DNA of 40,092 bases, from the NCBI GenBank assembly GCA_964535955.1, contig CAZHVK010000011.1:1-40092 (forward strand), given 5' to 3'. The notes under the pieces were generated by a model. That model was not told the DNA's origin, did no database searches, and worked only from the letters and a program-made list of their open reading frames with translations. Made by a program: the position numbers and the translations under genes. Below are positions 7,505-18,035 of this stretch, one piece after another. Position 1 is the first letter of the stretch; the number at the start of each line of letters is the position of its first letter. The stretch is from an uncultured Methanosarcinales archaeon. GTDB lineage: Archaea; Nanobdellota; Nanobdellia; Woesearchaeales; CAXGTL01.

Positions 7505-9736
7505 ATGAAAAAATCAAAAAAAACCAAAAAAAAGAGAAAGATAGAAACAAAAGTTAAAAAACTAGAAAAAAAAGTAAAAAGAAAAATAAAAAAGCATAGA
7601 CTACTTATAACTATAATAATAGTCTTGGCAATAATTATTTTCTCATATTTTGGAACTCAAATATATCTTTACATAAACTTCTTATTAGGCAATGATATTA
7701 TGGTCAAACTTGATGCTAACAAAGAAAACCTGTTCATACAAAGAGGTGAACAGCAAGAGATAGAATTCAAAGCATCTGTTACAACCAACCCATTCTGCAC
7801 AGCAGAATGTAATTATGAATTTATAGACATTAGTAATAATAAAATATTAGATAAAGACATATTCACTATCAGCCCAGGAAACCCATTTAAAAAACAATAC
7901 ACATTTAGAAAAGACGAACTAGGTACTGGCCAGGACTTGTACAGGTTTGACATGGAATGTAATAGCAAAGAAACAACATTATGCCATACATCAGAAGAAC
8001 CATTGACAAGAAATATCCTGATAACACTCAATTATGATCTTAGTGATGATAACAAGATATTAAGAAATAATGTTAAGAAAAAGTTAGATGGTTTAGTTCA
8101 GGATGTATATGAATTAGAAGAAAAGAAATTTAGTCTTGATTTAAATTATGCAATTATTAATAATACAATAGAATTGATTCCATATAAAACAGACTATGAT
8201 AAACAAGAAATGACAAAAGAATTAGAAAGATTGCAAGAATTGTGGTTAGAATATGAATTTGGAATTTTAGATAAAGAAATAGATCTTATTAAAGAAGAGA
8301 TTGTAAAATCAAGTACACACTTAGATAGAGTTAATAAGGGGATGACTGACCAAGCACTAGTGTATAATAATTTAGATAAAGTACTTAATGTATCTATGCA
8401 AAGATTAGTTCAAATAAAAGATTCAATAATACTAAATCAAACATTAGCTATAGAGATTAATGAAACAATAAATGAGTTTAATAAAGCATTAATTGATATT
8501 CAAAAAAGAAATCCAAAACACTTTAAAACTGGTTTAGCAGAGTATTTTGATAAAAAAACTTTAAACATAATCCACGGCATGAATAAAGACATTTATGATA
8601 AGTATGAAGAATTTAATAATGGAAATAAGATATTATGTGAATTAACAGAAGAATGCCCTCCACAGATATCTTTAGAACTTGTTATTGATGATATTGCAGC
8701 AAACATCTCTAATGTCTGCACTGATCTAGATGTATTAAATGAAAAACTATTAGTAGTTAATCAGGGTGTTGGAGTATGCAAACCAATTGACATTAATTAC
8801 ACAGAATTAGATGAAGTTAATCTTAAAAAGATTGAACATATATCAAAAGAATTCAATGAATCTCAATTTGAATTTCATGAACACAAACCACAATGTTGTA
8901 TAATGAGTGAATGCAATGATTGCTGTACAACAGATGAATGCAGAAATAATCCATCCACATATCCAACTGTATTACTTCACGGCCATGCATTTAACAAAGA
9001 CTTATCAGCAGAATACAGTCTGGAAGTATTTAACAAGATACAAGACAAATTACAAGGACAAGGATATATTAATGCAGGAGTCATTACTTTATACACAACA
9101 TATGATGAAGAAAGAGGTTTATTAGGTTTGTCAGGAAAACCAGTCACATTAAGGACAAGTTACTATTTTGACATTTTCAAAAATCCTGAAAATTACATTG
9201 TTGTGCAGGCCAAAAGTGAAAACATAGACACTTATTCAATAAGACTAAGAGATCTTGTTGACCTTATAAAACACAAGACAAACAAACCAAAAGTAAATAT
9301 TATTGCATTCAGCATGGGCGGCTTAGTAGCAAGAAGATATATCCAAATCTTTGGTGAAGATGATGTTAATAAACTTATAATGATAGGCACTCCAAACAAA
9401 GGCATTACAGAAGAGATAGTAGATTATTGTGCAGTAATAGGCGAAAGCTTGGAATGCAGAGACATGAACAAAGATAGTTTATTCATGAACAAACTTAGCA
9501 CAGGAAAACAGCCAAAAATCCAAGTATACAATATAATAGGCACTGGTTGTGAAATGGAATATGGCAAAGGTGATGGAGTTGCTTTAGAAGAAAATGCAAA
9601 ACTTGATTATGCAGAAAACTTTGTAATAGACGGCAAATGCAGATCTTCAACAGAACCATTACACTTAGACTTGCCTAATATTGAATTATATCCAAAAGTT
9701 TATGATATTGTTTTAGAGAGTTTGAAAGATGAATGA
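7505..9736 (+). CDS. Membrane-anchored protein with C-terminal alpha/beta hydrolase (lipase/esterase-like)
   Basis: Lys-rich N-terminus plus TM helix, coiled coil, Cys-rich linker, VLLHGH, IIAFSMGG nucleophile elbow, IGTPNKG, GDGV. Confidence 0.8.
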   Translation: MKKSKKTKKKRKIETKVKKLEKKVKRKIKKHRLLITIIIVLAIIIFSYFGTQIYLYINFLLGNDIMVKLDANKENLFIQRGEQQEIEFKASVTTNPFCTAECNYEFIDISNNKILDKDIFTISPGNPFKKQYTFRKDELGTGQDLYRFDMECNSKETTLCHTSEEPLTRNILITLNYDLSDDNKILRNNVKKKLDGLVQDVYELEEKKFSLDLNYAIINNTIELIPYKTDYDKQEMTKELERLQELWLEYEFGILDKEIDLIKEEIVKSSTHLDRVNKGMTDQALVYNNLDKVLNVSMQRLVQIKDSIILNQTLAIEINETINEFNKALIDIQKRNPKHFKTGLAEYFDKKTLNIIHGMNKDIYDKYEEFNNGNKILCELTEECPPQISLELVIDDIAANISNVCTDLDVLNEKLLVVNQGVGVCKPIDINYTELDEVNLKKIEHISKEFNESQFEFHEHKPQCCIMSECNDCCTTDECRNNPSTYPTVLLHGHAFNKDLSAEYSLEVFNKIQDKLQGQGYINAGVITLYTTYDEERGLLGLSGKPVTLRTSYYFDIFKNPENYIVVQAKSENIDTYSIRLRDLVDLIKHKTNKPKVNIIAFSMGGLVARRYIQIFGEDDVNKLIMIGTPNKGITEEIVDYCAVIGESLECRDMNKDSLFMNKLSTGKQPKIQVYNIIGTGCEMEYGKGDGVALEENAKLDYAENFVIDGKCRSSTEPLHLDLPNIELYPKVYDIVLESLKDE

Positions 9737-9796
9737 AATGAATCTTTTAAAGTTACGAACAGAATAAAATGGAGTGAGTTTAGTTTGGAAGAGTGA

Positions 9797-10570
9797 TCAT
9801 TTCTTCACAACAAAAAACTCTTCATTACCTAGCACAAACCTTTTTACCAGTTTCCAACCATTTCTTTCAGCCATAAACTTTAACCAATTATTTTGTCTGT
9901 AATTCATCTTTTTTCCAGACATTGTCTTTAATGGAAACGAGATAATCAACCACTTACTTCTTACTTTGTTTAATAATTTCTCAGATTCTTTATGATGCTT
10001 AGAAAGATCTATGTGGTTAAGAAGTTTGAACATAAAACACACATCTGTTTTTGGTAATTTTTTTACAGAAAGTAAGTTGACTGACTTAGTATCTAAGAAA
10101 TCTATGTGTAATTTAAGAAAATCCAGATCAGGCTTGCTTATGTCAAATGCATAATATTTCACATTATCAAGATCCATGAATTTGAATGACAAAGGATTAA
10201 AACCACACCCCAGGTCAAGCAATGATTTAGGAATACCTGTTGTCTTAAACAATTCTTTGTAAAGTTTATAGTAGATTGGCAATCTTTCTTTGGTTGACTT
10301 ATGAATCTTTAACAATTTATCAATATCTTTTATCTTATTTTTCTTAAAATAGTTTTTTAAAATAAACATACCATATGCTCTATGAAGGATTGCTCTGATA
10401 TCTTTAACAACTTTTTTCCATACCTTTTTCTTGACTTTATCTTCACCTAATTTTTTCAATAGTTTAGGATGAAGTTTGAAGTACTTGTCTAAGTGGAATT
10501 TGACAAAATCATTATCTACATTTTTCAATGTTTTCTTTTTTTTAATCTCTCTGATAAGTTCTTCATACAT
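9797..10570 (-). CDS. FmrO/RmtB/ArmA-like 16S rRNA m7G methyltransferase homolog
   Basis: HKSTKERLP, LLDLGCGFNPLS, ISFPLKTMSGK and GNE motifs characteristic of the family. Confidence 0.75.
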   Translation of the reverse strand: MYEELIREIKKKKTLKNVDNDFVKFHLDKYFKLHPKLLKKLGEDKVKKKVWKKVVKDIRAILHRAYGMFILKNYFKKNKIKDIDKLLKIHKSTKERLPIYYKLYKELFKTTGIPKSLLDLGCGFNPLSFKFMDLDNVKYYAFDISKPDLDFLKLHIDFLDTKSVNLLSVKKLPKTDVCFMFKLLNHIDLSKHHKESEKLLNKVRSKWLIISFPLKTMSGKKMNYRQNNWLKFMAERNGWKLVKRFVLGNEEFFVVKK

Positions 10571-10640
10571 AATATTAAATATTAATCAAAACATATATAA
10601 ACTTATTTCTTTTTTCAATTATAAGTGGAGGTTTACACAG

Positions 10641-10877
10641 ATGAAAAAAGCTATTGTAGAAAAATTAACAGCCTTGATCACAGCAGCATTTGGTTTGGTT
10701 GCAGCTTTAGCATGGAATGAAGCAATAAAAGCAATATTTGCAGCATACATTAAACCAGTGTTTGGACCAATGGGTGAGATGTGGTCAATGCTAGCATATG
10801 CAGTTGTAGTAACTTTTATAGCTGTTATAGCAACTATATGGATAAGTAAATTAGCACCAAGAAAAAAAAAAGTATAA
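10641..10877 (+). CDS. Small two-TM membrane protein (DUF5654-like)
   Basis: LITAAFGLVAALAWNEAIK motif; GGAGGT SD before ATG 10641. Confidence 0.75.
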   Translation: MKKAIVEKLTALITAAFGLVAALAWNEAIKAIFAAYIKPVFGPMGEMWSMLAYAVVVTFIAVIATIWISKLAPRKKKV

Positions 10878-10881
10878 GACA

Positions 10882-11661
10882 ATGTTAGTTGATGTACATG
10901 CTCATCTAGAGCACCCTATATTGTATAAAAAGATAGATCAGATTATTCAGTATTCTAAAGAAAATAATGTAAAAGTTATAATTACATCAGGCTTTGACAA
11001 AACAACAAATAGGACAGCTTTAGAATTAAGCAAAAAATATGACATTGTCAAATGTTCTTTAGGAATTTATCCAATAGATGCTCTGGAAAACGAAATGAAT
11101 AACAATGACATAAGACACAATGTTGAAAAATTTGACATTGATGAAGAACTTCAATGGATTGAAAAGCATAAAGACGAGATGATTGCAATGGGTGAGATGG
11201 GCATGGATTTGCGAACAGGCAAAGATATTGAATCACAAAAACAATTATTCATCAAACAACTAGAATTAGCTGAAAAATGGAAAAAACCAGTTATCATACA
11301 TTCAAGAAAAGCAGAACAACAAGTATTTGAAACACTTCAATCTACAAAACTAAAGAAAGTAGTCATGCACTGTTATGGTGGCAAACTAAAATTAGCAAAA
11401 AGGATTGCAGACCAAGGTTATTCATTTTCAATACCACCCTCTATAAAACAATCAGAACATTTCCAACACATTGTAAGAGAAACAAACATATCACAATTAT
11501 TAACAGAAACAGATGCACCATTCCAATCACCATATCCAAATAAACATAATGAACCAGCTTATGTAATCGAAGCTATTAAAAAGATTGCAGAGATTAAAGA
11601 AATGGATGTTGAAGAAGTTAAAAAGAATGTGTTTATGAATTATCAGAAATTATTCCTATAA
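10882..11661 (+). CDS. tatD: TatD family nuclease
   Basis: DVHAHL, GEMGMD, IIHSRKA, MHCY and LLTETDAP motifs. Confidence 0.92.
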   Translation: MLVDVHAHLEHPILYKKIDQIIQYSKENNVKVIITSGFDKTTNRTALELSKKYDIVKCSLGIYPIDALENEMNNNDIRHNVEKFDIDEELQWIEKHKDEMIAMGEMGMDLRTGKDIESQKQLFIKQLELAEKWKKPVIIHSRKAEQQVFETLQSTKLKKVVMHCYGGKLKLAKRIADQGYSFSIPPSIKQSEHFQHIVRETNISQLLTETDAPFQSPYPNKHNEPAYVIEAIKKIAEIKEMDVEEVKKNVFMNYQKLFL

Positions 11662-11781
11662 TTTCTGGACTTAACTTCACTTCGTTCGTTAAGTATCAGA
11701 AGGTTTCCTTATGAAAACACAAAAAACAAAATTCCACCCATACAAAACAAAAAACCTGCCAAAATAACCAAAAGCTTTATA

Positions 11782-11805
11782 AATGTAGGAATTATTTCCT
11801 ACATT
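11782..11805. promoter_or_regulatory. Palindromic operator of MNT-HEPN pair 1
   Basis: AATGTAGGAA-TTAT-TTCCTACATT between TTTATAAA and ATG 11806. Confidence 0.7.
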
Positions 11806-12333
11806 ATGACAAACATATATGAAAATCAATTATTAGAATTATTTTTCTTCAACCCTATGAAGGGTTTTGGAATTCGAGAATTAGGAAGAACCACTAAGTT
11901 AGACACAAAAACAATAATGAAATATCTTAATGACTTTATAAAAAGAAATATAATCAAAAAATTAAAAAAAAAAGGTTCTTACCCAAAATATGAAGCAAAC
12001 AGATCTTCTTTACAATATAGATATACGAAAAGTAGTTATTTAGTTAAAAAAATAATTGAATCAGGATTAATCGAATTTCTTGAGAAGAAATTAAAACCAA
12101 AAGCAATTGTTTTGTTTGGTAGCATGCGAAAAGGAACATATCACGAAATGAGTGATATTGATTTATTTATACAATCAGATTATAAAAGAATTAATTTAAG
12201 TAAATATGAAGACAAACTTGATTATGATATACAGTTATTATTTGAAAAAGATCTAAAACAATTATCAGAAGGTTTATTAATAAACATAATTGATGGTATA
12301 ACATTAAGAGGTAAATTAGAGGTAATAAGATGA
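11806..12333 (+). CDS. HTH + minimal nucleotidyltransferase (MNT antitoxin-like)
   Basis: N-terminal winged HTH; VLFGSMRKG...SDIDLFI. Confidence 0.88.
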   Translation: MTNIYENQLLELFFFNPMKGFGIRELGRTTKLDTKTIMKYLNDFIKRNIIKKLKKKGSYPKYEANRSSLQYRYTKSSYLVKKIIESGLIEFLEKKLKPKAIVLFGSMRKGTYHEMSDIDLFIQSDYKRINLSKYEDKLDYDIQLLFEKDLKQLSEGLLINIIDGITLRGKLEVIR

Positions 12334-12773
12334 AAAAAAGAAAAGGTTTTAAAGAATGTACTGATAAAAAACTTTTATTTGAAACAGATGATAAGGACAC
12401 CACATTAATAAATGGATTACTAGACTTAGCAAAACACAGAAGAGAATTCTTTGAAAAAGTAAAAAAAGAATCTGATAATTATCCGTCCTTATTTATAGAA
12501 GGATATTATGAAATAATAAAAGAATTATTTACAGCGATTTTAGCTTTAGATGGTTGGAAAGCATTGAATCATGAATGTTTATTTGCTTATATTAAAGAAA
12601 AACATTCAGACTTAGACTTAGATTTTGATTATTTATTAGAATTAAAAGATACAAGAAATTCTATAGATTATAGAGGCGTTATGGTTAGTTCACAGATTTG
12701 GAATTATAATAAATTAAAGATTGATTTAGTTATTAATAGTTTAATTAAATATATTGAGGAACAAATAAAATGA
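12330..12773 (+). CDS. HEPN domain protein (partner of MNT)
   Basis: YYEIIKEL...NHECL...RNSIDYRG; ATGA overlap with the MNT gene. Confidence 0.8.
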   Translation: MKKRKGFKECTDKKLLFETDDKDTTLINGLLDLAKHRREFFEKVKKESDNYPSLFIEGYYEIIKELFTAILALDGWKALNHECLFAYIKEKHSDLDLDFDYLLELKDTRNSIDYRGVMVSSQIWNYNKLKIDLVINSLIKYIEEQIK

Positions 12774-13906
12774 GACAAATTAAAAAAACAAAATTTTACT
12801 CATATTTAGTAGGAGATATGCCTAAAGGATGTGCTCTTTGTGTTCAGGGAAAGAAGGAAGTAATTTTCATAACAGGTTTATGCAGTGTAGGCTGTGACTT
12901 CTGCCCAGTATCAGACACAAAGCATCAGAAAGATGATGTTTATGCAGATGAATGGAAGATAGATAAAGATGAAGATATAATTTCAGAAGCAAAAGCAATC
13001 AATGCAAAAGGTGCAGGAATTACTGGTGGAGATCCATTAACTAAAGTAGATAGATGTGTAAAATATATAAAATTATTAAAAAAAGAATTTGGAGATCATT
13101 TTCATATTCATTTATATGCACCATTACAATTAGTAACAAAAGACAACCTAAACAAACTTTATGATGCAGGCTTAGACGAAATTCGTTTCCACCTAGATCT
13201 AGATAATGACAAACTTTGGAAAAGAATTGAATTAGCTAACTCATATGATTGGGATGTAGGCATAGAAATACCAGTTATACCTAAAAAAGAAACAAAAATA
13301 AAAAAACTAATAAATTATATAAAAAATAAAGTAAATTTTCTCAACATGAACGAACTTGAGATCAGTGATTCCAATGCACAGAAATTAGTGAAAAAAGGAT
13401 TTGAGACAAAAGATGACATAAGTTATGGTGTAAAAGGAAGTGAAGAACTAGCATTAAAACTATTAAAATTCTGTGAAAAAAACACCAAACTAAATGTTCA
13501 CTATTGCACAACAACATTAAAAGACAAAGTACAGCTAGGTAATAGACTAAAAAGAAGAGCAAAGAACACTTCAAAACCTTATGACATAATAAAACAAGAT
13601 GGAACACTTGTCAGAGGCGCAATCTATCTAAAATCATTAAAACCAGATTTTGGTTACAGAAAAAAATTAGCAAATTTGACAAAAAAACAAAGACAAGAAG
13701 CAATTAATAAGTTAAAAAAGATCAAAAACCAAATACAAAAACAATACAGAATCAGAAACAATCTACTCTACATAGATGAACAAAAGCTTAGGATACTGAC
13801 AAGTGTAAAAAAGATAAAGAAATTAGGAAAAGAACATTGCAGAGCAATTGTCAGAGAATACCCAACACATGATCAAATGGAAGTCGAAGTTCAATTTCTT
13901 AAATAA
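12770..13906 (+). CDS. Archaeal radical SAM protein
   Basis: CSVGCDFC (CxxxCxxC), ITGGDPL, GLDEIRFH. Confidence 0.88.
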   Translation: MRQIKKTKFYSYLVGDMPKGCALCVQGKKEVIFITGLCSVGCDFCPVSDTKHQKDDVYADEWKIDKDEDIISEAKAINAKGAGITGGDPLTKVDRCVKYIKLLKKEFGDHFHIHLYAPLQLVTKDNLNKLYDAGLDEIRFHLDLDNDKLWKRIELANSYDWDVGIEIPVIPKKETKIKKLINYIKNKVNFLNMNELEISDSNAQKLVKKGFETKDDISYGVKGSEELALKLLKFCEKNTKLNVHYCTTTLKDKVQLGNRLKRRAKNTSKPYDIIKQDGTLVRGAIYLKSLKPDFGYRKKLANLTKKQRQEAINKLKKIKNQIQKQYRIRNNLLYIDEQKLRILTSVKKIKKLGKEHCRAIVREYPTHDQMEVEVQFLK

Positions 13907-13981
13907 GTTAAATATATAGTATAATACACATGTTAATCATCATAAATCATTATATACTAAACACCTAATAGTATAAGAGAT

Positions 13982-14668
13982 ATGAGGAAAAGATTCAACC
14001 CATCTAAATTAGTACTAATCTTAATAATACCAATTCTAATTTTATCAATAAGTTTTCACATAAATTCATTTGATGAAGATTATTATCATGAACAGTTTGA
14101 AAAGAATTCAATCTACCAACAATTTGATTTAACAGAACAAGAACTTCACCAGATTAATCATGAATTACTTGATTACCTGAGGCATGGTCATGGTGAAATA
14201 AACCTCACAAATCCACAAACAACACAAAAATTCTACAATCAAAAAGAAACAACTCATCTAATAGAAGTAAGAGAACTTATACAAGACTCATTAATATTAT
14301 TTTATTTCTTCTTAACAATATTCATATTCTTATGCTTGATTATTTATTTAAGAAACAAGAAACAATTCACAAAAAACCTATTAATAATTCTAACCACAGG
14401 CAATATGTTAAACATAATATTTACATTGATCTTATCAGCACTCATGTTTACTAATTTTTCAAAATTCTTTACAAACTTTCACTTAGCTTTATTCAAGACA
14501 GACACATGGTTATTGAATCCAATGACTGATAATTTGATAAAGATGTTTCCTCAACAATTTTTTTATGATATTGGTCTAAAGATTATTAGTAATTCAATCA
14601 TCATATCAGTTGTCTTAGTCTTGATTTCTTTGTATACTTATAGGATTATGAAGAATGTAGAAAAGTAA
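13982..14668 (+). CDS. TIGR01906/DUF1461-like integral membrane protein
   Basis: E-x2-HL-x-EV, F-x2-FH-x2-LF...WL...LIKMFP-x2-FF; several TM segments. Confidence 0.75.
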   Translation: MRKRFNPSKLVLILIIPILILSISFHINSFDEDYYHEQFEKNSIYQQFDLTEQELHQINHELLDYLRHGHGEINLTNPQTTQKFYNQKETTHLIEVRELIQDSLILFYFFLTIFIFLCLIIYLRNKKQFTKNLLIILTTGNMLNIIFTLILSALMFTNFSKFFTNFHLALFKTDTWLLNPMTDNLIKMFPQQFFYDIGLKIISNSIIISVVLVLISLYTYRIMKNVEK

Positions 14669-14669
14669 G

Positions 14670-14743
14670 AAACCAGAATCTACTCTCAAGAATAGCCTCC
14701 TAACAGATAAAAGGATGGGTGGTCGGGGGTTTAGGATGGTGGG
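14670..14743 (+). repeat. Family 3 G-rich repeat
   Basis: ...CAAGAATAGCCTCCTAACAGATAAAAGGATGGGTGGTCGGGGGTTTAGGATGGTGGG, directly after a stop codon. Confidence 0.8.
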
Positions 14744-14768
14744 AAATAAGAAATAAAAACAAATAAAC

Positions 14769-15359
14769 CTAAGGAATAGTCACATAAAGAAGATATAAGC
14801 CATCGTCAAATATTTTTTCATTATTAAAATCATAACTTCTTGCACATTCACTAACAGGATCAGAAGCATCGCAATAACTAGTCTCAACATCAAACACATA
14901 TTTATCTGAAACTGTTTCTTTTGAAACAATAACAGCAATTCCAATTGGCTTTTCTTCACCTGGCTTTAACTCGATAATTCTTTCATATTGATCTTGAGAA
15001 CCAAGCCATACACCAAAAGAATCTTTTTGACTTTGATCATTAACATCAGCATAACTAGTACTTACCTTAACTTTAATATTTGCCTCTGGCCTGCTATTAA
15101 CTAATTTCAAACCAAAGACTTTATACTTTCCTCTTTCAATCTCCAACCTATCAGTATTTAAACATGCAACCCGATTACCACAATTAATAAACCCAATCTG
15201 TTTATCTAGATCATCAGAAGTTTGGGTATAAACATCCAAAGTCTGGGTAAATACTCTTTGTAAAAACCAAACACTTAAACCAAAAATAAAAAGAGCTAAA
15301 ATCAAGATAACAACAAAATTAACAGAAATTTCAATACCTTTTTTATTTTTTCTGAACAT
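14769..15359 (-). CDS. Pilin-like protein with class III signal peptide
   Basis: KKG/IEISVNFVVILIL N-terminus. Confidence 0.75.
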   Translation of the reverse strand: MFRKNKKGIEISVNFVVILILALFIFGLSVWFLQRVFTQTLDVYTQTSDDLDKQIGFINCGNRVACLNTDRLEIERGKYKVFGLKLVNSRPEANIKVKVSTSYADVNDQSQKDSFGVWLGSQDQYERIIELKPGEEKPIGIAVIVSKETVSDKYVFDVETSYCDASDPVSECARSYDFNNEKIFDDGLYLLYVTIP

Positions 15360-15361
15360 CT

Positions 15362-16135
15362 TTATTTAACTTCACCTGTCTCAATAAAATACATTGTCTC
15401 GCCAAACCTGTGCGAATAAGAATTTCTAATTTCTTGTGTTTCTTCTCCTACTTTCTTTTTGATTATATAATCAAATTGCAGTTCTAGTCTTGCAGACTCT
15501 TCAGGTGACATAAGGTCAGCATCTGATAACACTTCGATTGTTATAGGTTCATCATCCATTTTTGAAAACAAGATATTCAGATTACCATCTTTCCCATACA
15601 AATTATCTCCTTGGATAAACTTAACACTCTCTATTTTAAAAGGAGGCACAAAATTTTCAGACTTATCTTTTAGTTTAAATGTTACTTTAAACTTATCTTT
15701 ATTCATCTTAAAAGGAAAATTATATTCAGTAGTCACTTCTAATTCAATCAAACCGTTTTCAACTCTTGGTTCAAATATTTTTCTTTTTAATTTAACATTT
15801 TCAGGATCAACAGAATACACACATTTATTATTTTCACAGAGTTGTTCAAGATATTGAGCATCAGTATTTCTTCCCCGACTATTTTTAAAACTAACTTTCC
15901 CAGCACAAGGTGGTTTACAATCCTCAACACAATTACAATTATTTTCAGGTTTAGGAGCATTTAATTCACACTTCCCATTACCACAAACATTAGGGGTAAA
16001 AGGTCTTTTAATACAATTACCATCTTTACAAATCAATTCACCTTCACAATCAGTATCCAGATCACACTCAGAACATCCAGTAAGAAATAAACACAAAACA
16101 ACTAAGAAAGTAATTAATATTAGTATTTTCTTCAT
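15362..16135 (-). CDS. Cys-rich putative lipoprotein
   Basis: MKKILILI...LTGC lipobox; Cys-rich repeats (CGNGKCE); GGTGAGG SD. Confidence 0.7.
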   Translation of the reverse strand: MKKILILITFLVVLCLFLTGCSECDLDTDCEGELICKDGNCIKRPFTPNVCGNGKCELNAPKPENNCNCVEDCKPPCAGKVSFKNSRGRNTDAQYLEQLCENNKCVYSVDPENVKLKRKIFEPRVENGLIELEVTTEYNFPFKMNKDKFKVTFKLKDKSENFVPPFKIESVKFIQGDNLYGKDGNLNILFSKMDDEPITIEVLSDADLMSPEESARLELQFDYIIKKKVGEETQEIRNSYSHRFGETMYFIETGEVK

Positions 16136-16147
16136 ATTAGCCTCACC

Positions 16148-16200
16148 TGTCAAAAACTTTGTTTTTGATCATGATCAGAATTCCTTTGGAATTCTAACAT
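16148..16200. repeat. Family 2 double-hairpin element
   Basis: TGTCAAAAAC-TTT-GTTTTTGATCATGATCAGAATTCC-TTT-GGAATTCTAACAT. Confidence 0.8.
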
Positions 16201-16235
16201 TTAATAATTTAAAAAATATATTAAAAAATAAAAAT

Positions 16236-16466
16236 TTATTTCACAACTTCATATTCTTTAACCATCAACACGATAAAGATTATCAATAAGATTGCTCCTG
16301 ATATTATATACCAAAGACCTTGTAAAACAATTCCTGTTTCAGCCATTTTATAAACACCAAAAGTCATGATAATAAAACCAATCCAAAGCAGTTTATCTAA
16401 AACAAGTTTCATTATTTCGAATTCTTGTTGTGCTGTTAACTTTTTTTTCTTTTTTGCTTTTGCCAT
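16236..16466 (-). CDS. Small two-TM membrane protein
   Basis: GAGGTTGA SD; basic N-terminus and two hydrophobic helices. Confidence 0.75.
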   Translation of the reverse strand: MAKAKKKKKLTAQQEFEIMKLVLDKLLWIGFIIMTFGVYKMAETGIVLQGLWYIISGAILLIIFIVLMVKEYEVVK

Positions 16467-16483
16467 AAATATCAACCTCTTTT

Positions 16484-17032
16484 TTAGGATATTACATTTA
16501 AGTATACTGTTTTGGAGTCATATGGTTTAAAATCAGTATTCAAAACATTATCAATATCACCTGAACTTATTGCACCAACAGTACAGATATAAAGCCCAGC
16601 ATTCATTGTTCCTGATGCAATTGTGACCACTGTTTTAAATTCAAATACTTCAGAAGGTCCAACACTTGATGCAACAGAAGAAGACATTGTTGGATCTGTA
16701 GTAGTGGTACCAGGAGAATCAACAGAATTACACCCATAGACTTGCATCATCACATTATCATGTGTAGATGAATCTTTATTATAATACTGAAAAGTAAATT
16801 TAGGTTGTTTTCCAATACCAACATCAATATTATCAGACAAAGTTATTGTATTCTTAGAATTTGCTTCTTGTGCAAACTTAGGAATCCCAATTGCTTCTCC
16901 TAACTGCCTCTCAGCACCTCCAAACAAAGTCTGAGTAAAAGTTAAACCTAATCCTAGAACAACAAATGCAATAACAATCACAACAATTGCATTCACAGAT
17001 AAAGATAATGATGCTCTTTTTTTGAATACCAT
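16484..17032 (-). CDS. Pilin-like protein with class III signal peptide
   Basis: KKRA/SLSLSVNAIVVIVIA; GAGGTGA SD. Confidence 0.75.
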   Translation of the reverse strand: MVFKKRASLSLSVNAIVVIVIAFVVLGLGLTFTQTLFGGAERQLGEAIGIPKFAQEANSKNTITLSDNIDVGIGKQPKFTFQYYNKDSSTHDNVMMQVYGCNSVDSPGTTTTDPTMSSSVASSVGPSEVFEFKTVVTIASGTMNAGLYICTVGAISSGDIDNVLNTDFKPYDSKTVYLNVIS

Positions 17033-17132
17033 ATAATTCACCTCTTATTTTTAATATATCATGATTTTAACATAAAATATGCCACAACATACATATTTAT
17101 GTATATCTTATTTATATATGTTTCTATTTAAA

Positions 17133-17188
17133 ATGTCAAAAATCATAGATTTTTAATCATGATCATAAATGCTCTGCATTTATGACAA
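17133..17188. repeat. Family 2 double-hairpin element
   Basis: ATGTCAAAAATC-ATA-GATTTTTAATCATGATCATAAATGC-TCT-GCATTTATGACA. Confidence 0.8.
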
Positions 17189-17264
17189 CCTTGCGATTGT
17201 TTTAAGTATAATTTAGCTAAAACAAACCGATACATTTAAAAAGGAAAATCAAAAACCAATATAC

Positions 17265-17798
17265 ATGGCAAGAATAAGAAGAGCAAATTCATATAGAAGA
17301 TTAGAAAGACCTTACACAAGGATATCTAAGTTCAAGAAAAAGTCTTTTATCAAAGTCAGACCAAATATTGTTATTGTCAAATACGACTTAGGAAATCTTA
17401 AAAAGAAATTTGACTTTCAAGTACAATTAATCTCAAAAGAAAATGTCCAGATAAGGCATAATGCATTAGAATCAGCAAGACAGACAAGCAACAGAGTTCT
17501 AGAAAAAACAATAGGTAAAAAAGCATATCATATGAAAATAAGAACTTATCCACATCACATTTTAAGAGAAAATCCTTTAGCATCAGGTGCAGGAGCAGAC
17601 AGAATGAGCACTGGTATGCAGAAAGCATTTGGTAAACCTATTTCAACAGCTGCAAGAATCAAAAAAGGACAGATAATCATGCATGTCGATGTTAACAAAC
17701 CACACATTCTGGTTGCAAAAAAAGCTTTGAAAAGAGCTTCAAACAAATTTCCTTATTCTTGGAATATTGTTGTTAAAGAAAATAAGCATAAAAAATAA
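17265..17798 (+). CDS. rpl10e: 50S ribosomal protein uL16 (L10e)
   Basis: QIRHNALESAR, YPHHILRENP and GADRMSTGMQKAFGKP motifs. Confidence 0.96.
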   Translation: MARIRRANSYRRLERPYTRISKFKKKSFIKVRPNIVIVKYDLGNLKKKFDFQVQLISKENVQIRHNALESARQTSNRVLEKTIGKKAYHMKIRTYPHHILRENPLASGAGADRMSTGMQKAFGKPISTAARIKKGQIIMHVDVNKPHILVAKKALKRASNKFPYSWNIVVKENKHKK

Positions 17799-17838
17799 GA
17801 TAACAATAAGAATAATAATTAAACAAGTTTATTCTCGA

Positions 17839-18030
17839 TCATTCCTCTTCAAAATTACTCATATTCGGTGAGAGGTTTTTCTCACCTAAAACATCCATAA
17901 CATGAGTCATTCTCAACTCCATTAACTTTGATATTTGGCTCAGAGAATGCCCTTTATCATGTAAATGTAATATCTTTTTCTTTGTCTCGCGATTTAGATT
18001 AGCTTTTGGACGGGTTTTTATTTTTGACAT
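17839..18030 (-). CDS. Small HTH-like protein
   Basis: ILHLHDKGHSLSQISKLM helix-turn-helix pattern. Confidence 0.6.
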   Translation of the reverse strand: MSKIKTRPKANLNRETKKKILHLHDKGHSLSQISKLMELRMTHVMDVLGEKNLSPNMSNFEEE

Positions 18031-18035
18031 CTTTT

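Noticed and set aside
11641..11714. Partial duplication of the tatD 3' end (TATCAGAA...) around the hairpin
   Set aside because: Only 8 bp are identical and the second copy is part of the hairpin stem; too weak to call a target-site duplication.
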